From: Bacillota bacterium
GTDB taxonomy: Bacteria > Bacillota > Clostridia > Christensenellales > UMGS416
Length of the DNA: 64,000 nucleotides
Direction: 5' to 3'
Assembly (NCBI GenBank): GCA_023410875.1
Contig: JAEYPH010000021.1
Span: 27,544-91,543, forward strand
Shown one piece after another: positions 58,852 to 64,000 of the stretch. A model generated the notes under the pieces. That model was given only the letters and a program-made list of their open reading frames with translations, had not been told where the DNA came from and ran no database searches. Both the position numbers and the translations under genes were made by a program. Numbering within the stretch: the first letter of the stretch is position 1; every line of letters starts with the position of its first letter.

Positions 58852-60170
58852 GCATTGAAAGCAAGCTTTTCTGGTTTGTTGCGGAGGTTCTGGTCAATCT
58901 TCTGGAAGTCTCGGTAATCCTGTGGTATCTGCATGTCAAATTAACAACCAATCATGTCCGGCTCTACGTTCACCTAATAGGCGGAGCGTTTTTGCTGGCA
59001 GTTGTATCCCTCAGCAATTTTCTCAGTATAACCGATGGCATCCGGATCCCTGCGGTCGCACTTTGTTTCGTTGGTTATACTTTACTTGTATATAGAGGGC
59101 CACTGGGCAGAAGGATCTTTCAGTCCATGCTGGCATATATTCTGCTGGGAATATCTGATTTGCTGGCAATTTCCTTGTTGACATTTATCCCAGGTGTATC
59201 TTTTGATTTGATCACCCAGCCGACCATTTTTCGTCTGCAATCCATGGTCGCCACAAAGATCCTATTCGTGACCATCATCTATTTTCTGGCGAACATCACG
59301 AAGAAAAGCGAAGAGGTGACGATCGGCAAATATATATGGCTTTTATTTCTCATTGTGCCAGTAACGAGCGGAGGTATTCTGGGTACGCTTATCAACTATG
59401 AACTGCGGCTGAACGATACCAATGCTTTGCCTTTGCTGGTCGCCACCATAGGAATCCTGGTCATCAACATCACCGTGTTGGTTCTGCTGCAGGTTCTGTC
59501 CTTTCACTCCAAGAAAATACTGAATCAAGAGATGCTCCTGCAACAGAACGACATACAAGCCAAATACTTTACAGAAATAAAGTCCACCAACGACAATCTT
59601 CGCGGGTTTCGCCATGACCTGAACAACCATCTGCAAGTATTGCATGGATACATCAGCCTTGGCAAATATGAGAAAGCCAACGCGTATCTCAACGAGATAG
59701 GCGATTTTGTGGCCTTGACGGGAACCCTTACCAATACGGGCCATGACCTTTTGGACGCCGTGATCGGAACGAAGATTACGTATGCAAGGAAGCTTAATAT
59801 ACGAACGGATGTTTATCTGCAGGTACCAGCCAACCTGCCGCTTTCGCAGATGGAGCTGTGCTCGGTGCTGAGCAACATACTGGATAATGCCATCGAGGCG
59901 TGTGAAAGGCTAAAAAGCGGCTCCAGCCCTAAGGAGTTGTCACTTAAGATCGATCAGTTCGCGGGACATTTGCGCATCCTGCTCAAGAACACCGCCAAGC
60001 TGGAGGGAGCGCCTGATCTGGCCAACATGATCTCCACCAAAAAAGAGCCAGGTCATGGGATCGGCCTTTCCAACATGAAGCGCGTGGTGTACAATCACGG
60101 CGGTCAGGCACAGTTTGATTATGGCCAAAATGAGTTTTCCGTGCTGATCCTGCTTCCTTTGAAAAGCTAA
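58848..60170 (+). CDS. AgrC-like membrane sensor histidine kinase (GHKL, HATPase_c_5 type)
   Basis: GTG 58848 overlaps the regulator stop (GTGA) and has a GGAGGT RBS. About 6 TM segments. H-box FRHDLNNHLQVLHGYI, N-box LSNILDNAIEA and G-box EPGHGIGLSN. Confidence 0.85.
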   Translation: MSIESKLFWFVAEVLVNLLEVSVILWYLHVKLTTNHVRLYVHLIGGAFLLAVVSLSNFLSITDGIRIPAVALCFVGYTLLVYRGPLGRRIFQSMLAYILLGISDLLAISLLTFIPGVSFDLITQPTIFRLQSMVATKILFVTIIYFLANITKKSEEVTIGKYIWLLFLIVPVTSGGILGTLINYELRLNDTNALPLLVATIGILVINITVLVLLQVLSFHSKKILNQEMLLQQNDIQAKYFTEIKSTNDNLRGFRHDLNNHLQVLHGYISLGKYEKANAYLNEIGDFVALTGTLTNTGHDLLDAVIGTKITYARKLNIRTDVYLQVPANLPLSQMELCSVLSNILDNAIEACERLKSGSSPKELSLKIDQFAGHLRILLKNTAKLEGAPDLANMISTKKEPGHGIGLSNMKRVVYNHGGQAQFDYGQNEFSVLILLPLKS

Positions 60171-60179
60171 CCCACACCT

Positions 60180-60278
60180 TCTATGCGCAAAAAACCACCT
60201 TTTATGCAAACCCATTGCATAATCTTTTAGAATTCGTTATTTTCTAAAAGTGGATGTAAAATGTTGAAAAGTGGTGTT
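60180..60278 (+). promoter_or_regulatory. Cluster of phased direct and inverted repeats upstream of agrB (candidate LytTR boxes/operator)
   Basis: TATGC(G)CAAA at 60182 and 60203, 21 bp apart. IR TTATGCAA-N5-TTGCATAA (60202-60222). TAGAAT -10-like at 60227-60232. IR CTTTTAGAA-N9-TTCTAAAAG (60224-60250). AAAAGTGGWGT at 60246 and 60267, also 21 bp apart. Confidence 0.4.
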
Positions 60279-60297
60279 TCTTTAGGTGATTGATGCC

Positions 60298-60876
60298 ATG
60301 GCTCAGCGAATCGCATCTTTTCTTGTCAGCAAGGGCGCTGCGGTGCCCGACGATATTGATGTGCAAATCTACGGTCTGCAGGTCATACTCTCAACGTCCG
60401 TCAATCTGGTCGCCGCACTCCTCTTCAGCTTCATCATGGGGCAATTGTCCTTCGGCATCTCCTTCCTGATTGCCTTCATGCTGCTTCGCCGCTTCACAGG
60501 GGGGTATCACGCCAACTCCTATCTTGGTTGTTTCTTGTCGCTGCAGGCAATGTTGCTCGTGGGTTTTGCCAGCCAACGTCTGTATGAGAGCGGCATATCC
60601 GTCGTGTTTCCCTGGGTCCTGACCGCAGTATCCATCGTCCTGATCTTTGTGCTGGCCCCCATCGACCATGTGAACAAGCCCAGCACTCCGGCCTCTCGCA
60701 AGAAATTCCGCTTCCTTTCCCGGGTTATGACGTTGGCACTGGCGGCGTGCGTTGCACCGGGTTTGATGCTGGGGAGCACTTCAGCCTATGCGTTGGGCAT
60801 TCTGATGGCTTTGTTCGCGACCGGCGTCCTGCTGGCCGTGGCAAAAATACGCAAGAAAGGAGGAGCTTTATCATGA
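60298..60876 (+). CDS. agrB: Accessory gene regulator protein B (AgrB, AIP-processing membrane peptidase)
   Basis: AQRIASFLVSKG...IQIYGLQVILSTSVNLV...LLRRFTGGYHANSYLGCFL, the AgrB signature with its His/Cys pair. ATG 60298 is preferred over GTG 60286. Confidence 0.88.
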   Translation: MAQRIASFLVSKGAAVPDDIDVQIYGLQVILSTSVNLVAALLFSFIMGQLSFGISFLIAFMLLRRFTGGYHANSYLGCFLSLQAMLLVGFASQRLYESGISVVFPWVLTAVSIVLIFVLAPIDHVNKPSTPASRKKFRFLSRVMTLALAACVAPGLMLGSTSAYALGILMALFATGVLLAVAKIRKKGGALS

Positions 60877-61007
60877 AAAGACTGTTACAGGCGAATTTCT
60901 TGAAGGCAATCTCCTGGACCGTCGCGGCAGTCGCCGCAATTTCTGTGGGAACTTTCTCGATTTGGGTTGTGCATCAGCCCAAGGTCCCGGCCAAGTTGAT
61001 GAAGTAA
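60873..61007 (+). CDS. agrD: AgrD-like autoinducing peptide precursor (44 aa, Cys-less)
   Basis: ATGA overlap with the agrB stop and AAAGGAGGAG RBS. Reads MKRLLQANFLKAISWTVAAVAAISVGTFSIWVVHQPKVPAKLMK: an amphipathic leader, a hydrophobic core and an xQPxVPxxL tail. Confidence 0.7.
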   Translation: MKRLLQANFLKAISWTVAAVAAISVGTFSIWVVHQPKVPAKLMK

Positions 61008-61020
61008 GGACTTCGTGCAC

Positions 61021-61060
61021 GTGCCGCGGAAACCGTCAGGTTTTCGCGGCACAGTTTTTG
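61021..61060. terminator. Bidirectional terminator after agrD and the convergent gene
   Basis: GTGCCGCGGAAACC-GTCA-GGTTTTCGCGGCAC followed by AGTTTTTGTGTTTT. Confidence 0.75.
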
Positions 61061-61064
61061 TGTT

Positions 61065-61550
61065 TTACCAATTCAAATCCAGCATTTTTAATAGTATGTT
61101 AATATTTCCATTGATATTATAGCAAGATATATGCTCGCTTTCATCAAAAACAACATAGAAAGGTAAATCCTGTTTGGACAGAACAATGTATATCTCTCCT
61201 ATGGATCCACAAATCCATTCGCTTTCGACCGCAACGGGTGGCTCCAGAGGAACCTTAACAATATACCCTTCATCGGGGAAAGGGTTTGCCTTCACATAAA
61301 TGGCATCGGTTTGATTGATCCATTCAATGATCAAATTCCGTATCTCGGGCTTTGCTTGAACGGACTTAACGACCTTATCCAGCCTTGTGTCATATATCTC
61401 GATGTCATTGCCAACATCGTATTCCGCGATGATTGATCTAATTTCCGGCGCCGGCTTCGTTTCATCTATTCCGACACCATTGTATGCATTGGCACCACAA
61501 AGCAAGCCAATGAGCAATAATAACCCCAACGATAGAAGTCTTTTTGCCAT
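61065..61550 (-). CDS. Hypothetical secreted protein (AT-rich gene)
   Basis: ATG 61550 gives MAKRLLSLGLLLLIGLLCGANA-YNG, a signal peptide. I recognised no domain. Lower G+C, like the agr genes. Confidence 0.55.
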   Translation of the reverse strand: MAKRLLSLGLLLLIGLLCGANAYNGVGIDETKPAPEIRSIIAEYDVGNDIEIYDTRLDKVVKSVQAKPEIRNLIIEWINQTDAIYVKANPFPDEGYIVKVPLEPPVAVESEWICGSIGEIYIVLSKQDLPFYVVFDESEHISCYNINGNINILLKMLDLNW

Positions 61551-61631
61551 GGGAGCGAACCTCCTCAGCAAACCTAATATCCCCACTGCAACAAGGAATC
61601 CGCTGGTTATCTGAGGTAGTATGGAGCAAAC

Positions 61632-61663
61632 AGAAAAACTCCCGAATGAAGTTCATTCGGGAG
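61632..61663 (-). terminator. Rho-independent terminator after the HD-domain gene
   Basis: Minus strand reads CTCCCGAATGAA-C-TTCATTCGGGAG followed by TTTTTCTGTTT. Confidence 0.75.
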
Positions 61664-61691
61664 CAAAAAATCTATACCGAGTATCACATGT

Positions 61692-62267
61692 TCAGAGATT
61701 ACCTTTTAGCCCCAGCGCCTCGGCCTGCTCGCGCATGCCCAATATGGTCTGATTGATCAACGCATCCAGCTCCATGCCCAGCATCTGGGCACCGTCGGCG
61801 ATGACCTGCCGGTTGACGCCCGCAGCGAAGGCCGGCGTCTTGTATTTCTTCTTGACCGAGCTGACCTCCAGGTCCAACAGGCTCTTGCTGGGGCGCATCA
61901 CGGCCACGGCGGCGATGAGCCCGGTCAGCTCGTCGGTGGCAAAGAGTGCCTTCTCCATCATATGCTCGGGCTTGCAATCCACGCTCACCAGCCCCCAGCC
62001 GTGGCTGGCCACGGCATGCACGACGTCCTCATCCACGCCGCGCTCCCGCAGGATCTCCTGTGCCTTGCTGCAGTGCTGCTCGGGGAACTGCTCGAAGTCG
62101 ATGTCGTGCAGCAGGCCCACAACCGCCCATTTCTCCTCATCGCCAGCGTTCAGCAGCCTGACGAAGTGGCGCATCACGGCCTCCACCGCCAACGCGTGGC
62201 GGATGTGCCAATCATCCTTGTTGTATTCCCGCAGCAGCGAAAGGGCCTGTTCTCTGGTCGGTATCAT
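61692..62267 (-). CDS. HD-domain (HDIG-type) metal-dependent phosphohydrolase
   Basis: IRHALAVEAVMRHF...VVGLLHDIDFE...VASHGW. Confidence 0.85.
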   Translation of the reverse strand: MIPTREQALSLLREYNKDDWHIRHALAVEAVMRHFVRLLNAGDEEKWAVVGLLHDIDFEQFPEQHCSKAQEILRERGVDEDVVHAVASHGWGLVSVDCKPEHMMEKALFATDELTGLIAAVAVMRPSKSLLDLEVSSVKKKYKTPAFAAGVNRQVIADGAQMLGMELDALINQTILGMREQAEALGLKGNL

Positions 62268-62281
62268 ATGCTCCTCCGCCG

Positions 62282-62875
62282 CTATGCCGACGCCACGGCG
62301 ATCAGCGCGACCAGCGCCACCAGCGCCACGGCGACGCCACCGGCGCGGAAGATCAGCAGCGACTTGGCGGTGTCGGTGCCGTTGAAGATGCCGCCTCCCT
62401 TGGCGGATTCCACAACGCGGCCGGCGAAGAGCGTCAGCAGCACGCCGGCCACCAGCAGCAGCGCCAGCACCAGCACCCAGCCCCAGGGCGCGCCCGTGGG
62501 GATGCCACCGGCCCGCGTATTCACATTGAAGGCGCTGCTCATCAGGTCATAATCCGCCTGGCGCAACTCGGTGTCCCAAGGGGCCTGGATGGTGGCGGGC
62601 GCCCCGGCCTTGTTCAGCGTGACCGCCAGCTTGCGGTTGTCCGGCAGCGTGATGTCTGCCACGCCGCGCTCCAGCGTCGCGAAGGGTTTGCCGTTGAGCT
62701 CGATGTGTACGGCGCCGCCGTTCTTTTTCCACGACCAGGTGTTGTCGCCTTCGGGATAGCTGAGCCCATCGGCCGTGCGGGTGAACCCCTGCAGGTTGGT
62801 GCAGCCGGCCATGATCACGGACAGCAAAACGATCAGCGCCGCCAACGCGGCAAAGGCTTTCTTGCGAGCAGTCAT
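62282..62875 (-). CDS. Putative lipoprotein with C-terminal TM segments
   Basis: ATG 62875 gives MTARKKAFAALAALIVLLSVIMAGC, a lipobox. Two hydrophobic segments near the C-terminus. Confidence 0.6.
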   Translation of the reverse strand: MTARKKAFAALAALIVLLSVIMAGCTNLQGFTRTADGLSYPEGDNTWSWKKNGGAVHIELNGKPFATLERGVADITLPDNRKLAVTLNKAGAPATIQAPWDTELRQADYDLMSSAFNVNTRAGGIPTGAPWGWVLVLALLLVAGVLLTLFAGRVVESAKGGGIFNGTDTAKSLLIFRAGGVAVALVALVALIAVASA

Positions 62876-63041
62876 CTCTTGTGCTCCTTTCCAGCGGAAG
62901 GCCACAATGGGCCCTGGTACAGTCCTATTTTACCATATCGGGCGAAGGTTGAATATGCGCCCACAGCAATCTATGCCCTATTTCACGATTTTTGGCATTT
63001 TTTCCAAGATATATACCTGCGCCGATGTGCGAATGATAAAT

Positions 63042-63070
63042 TTGCTTTATGCGAACACTTGTGCTATACT
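63042..63070 (+). promoter_or_regulatory. Candidate sigma-A promoter with a LexA (Cheo)-box-like site in its spacer
   Basis: TTGCTT-N17-(TGC)TATACT. The spacer contains CGAACACTTGTGCT (63052-63065), compared with the consensus CGAAC-N4-GTTCG. Confidence 0.5.
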
Positions 63071-63097
63071 CGAAGCATCATCCACAAAACTGACTGT

Positions 63098-63199
63098 ATG
63101 TATGAAAAGAACAGCATGATCCCGACGGCGGTTCATCCGGCGGAGGGTAACGTAAAACAATCACAAGGAAGCAAAAGAACCCGCCCACAGGCGAAATAA
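63098..63199 (+). CDS. Candidate 33-codon small ORF in the leader of the radical-SAM gene
   Basis: MYEKNSMIPTAVHPAEGNVKQSQGSKRTRPQAK. A paralogous module at 31285-31383 differs by an in-frame 3-nt indel and by a synonymous change (GGA/GGT). No SD is visible. Confidence 0.3.
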   Translation: MYEKNSMIPTAVHPAEGNVKQSQGSKRTRPQAK

Positions 63200-63205
63200 C
63201 GTTCT
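63192..63205 (+). promoter_or_regulatory. Second LexA-box-like site
   Basis: CGAAATAACGTTCT has one mismatch in the GAAC-N4-GTTC core. It overlaps the small-ORF stop codon. Confidence 0.25.
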
Positions 63206-63382
63206 TGAGAACAACGTATGAGAGTAAAAGGGAAAGATATCGCCTGGCGACCTGCGCGGCAGGCGATTGTGGAAAACTGAGGACAAGTCATCTAATCGCT
63301 TACGATGCCACAGCATCGTAAGCGAAAAGGCTGGCCAAAAGGCATAGCCTTTTCGGACAGCCTAACGAGAGAAGGAACGTCC

Positions 63383-64000
63383 ATGGACAAGATGCAAAAG
63401 CTGGAAATTCTCGGAGAAGCGGCAAAATACGACGTCGCCTGCGCCTCCAGCGGCTCCGCCGGCCGCAAGGGCACTTTTGGCAGCACGGCGGCCGGGGGTA
63501 TCTGCCACGCGTGGACCGGCGACGGCCGCTGCATCTCGCTGCTCAAGGTGCTGCTGAGCAACCGCTGCATGTATCGCTGCGAATACTGCGCCGTCAGCGC
63601 CGCGAGGGACATCCCCCGCGCCTCCTTCGAGCCCAGGGAGCTGGCCGACATCGCCGAGGACTTCTATCGGCGCAACTACATTGAAGGGCTGTTCATCAGC
63701 TCCGCCGTGCAGCGCTCGCCGGACCACACGATGGAGCAGATGTGCGAGGTCGCGCAGCTGCTGCGGGATCGGGGGTTCGGCGGCTACATCCACATGAAGG
63801 GCATCCCCGGCGCCAGTCGCGCCCTCATCGAGAAGGCCGGCCGCCTGGTGGACCGCATGAGCGTGAACATCGAGCTGCCCAGCGAACGCAGCCTTACGAG
63901 CCTGGCTCCGGATAAGAACGCCAAGGCCATCCTGCAGCCCATGGGGTTGATTTCCGGGCTCATACAGGCCTGCCAAGAGGAGCGCCACCGCCTGCCCAGC
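63383..64000 (+). CDS. Putative DNA modification/repair radical SAM protein (5' part; continues beyond the window)
   Basis: Not in the ORF track because no stop falls inside the window. ATG 63383 follows GAGAGAAGG. Reads MDKMQKLEILGEAAKYDVACASSG...LLSNRCMYRCEYCAVSA (CxxxCxxC radical SAM cluster). Resembles the family usually paired with a UDG-like DNA metabolism protein. Confidence 0.8.
   Translation, partial: MDKMQKLEILGEAAKYDVACASSGSAGRKGTFGSTAAGGICHAWTGDGRCISLLKVLLSNRCMYRCEYCAVSAARDIPRASFEPRELADIAEDFYRRNYIEGLFISSAVQRSPDHTMEQMCEVAQLLRDRGFGGYIHMKGIPGASRALIEKAGRLVDRMSVNIELPSERSLTSLAPDKNAKAILQPMGLISGLIQACQEERHRLPS

Noticed and set aside
63201-63214. Near-palindrome GTTCTTGAGAAC as a LexA box.
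   Set aside because: The half-sites are in the wrong order: GTTC-N4-GAAC instead of GAAC-N4-GTTC. Only the overlapping CGAAATAACGTTCT and the promoter-spacer site were kept, both at low confidence.

Overview
High-G+C, Firmicutes/Clostridia-type chromosomal segment from a probable spore-former of the Oscillospiraceae/Ruminococcaceae kind. That placement is inferred from gene content: spoIIGA-sigE, hprK-glcK and the dprA-trmFO-hslVU cluster. About 60 densely packed genes, mostly on the minus strand and mostly housekeeping. They cover proteolysis (hslVU), DNA repair (dprA, mutY, uvrC, a DEDDh exonuclease, two tandem UDG-family genes, a radical-SAM repair gene running off the 3' end) and carbon control (hprK, glcK). 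Also present are two ECF sigma/anti-sigma pairs, a MoxR-DUF58-DUF4129 operon, a MarR-controlled heterodimeric ABC exporter, a GH2 beta-galactosidase and sugar/amino-sugar enzymes. I saw no rRNA, tRNA, CRISPR array, transposase or integrase. Long ORFs antisense to recognisable genes are treated as GC-driven shadow ORFs. Most notable items: (1) a lower-G+C agr-type quorum-sensing island (58.1-61.6 kb) in the order response regulator, kinase, AgrB, AgrD, whose AgrD has no cysteine and predicts a Ser-lactone ring SIWVV. (2) A dispersed two-hairpin intergenic repeat in 4 copies with compensatory stem changes, plus other hairpin modules, including a roughly 207-bp element with terminal inverted repeats (TIRs) wedged between an ECF sigma gene and its anti-sigma gene. 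(3) A duplicated roughly 100-nt module that reads as a 33-codon ORF. One copy sits in a promoter-driven leader with LexA-box-like sites upstream of the radical-SAM repair gene; the other is an apparently decayed copy next to ribBA. (4) A ribBA-like gene with a degenerate DHBP-synthase half, embedded in the hprK-glcK operon. All calls rest on reading the sequence and remembered family signatures; no database search was run.
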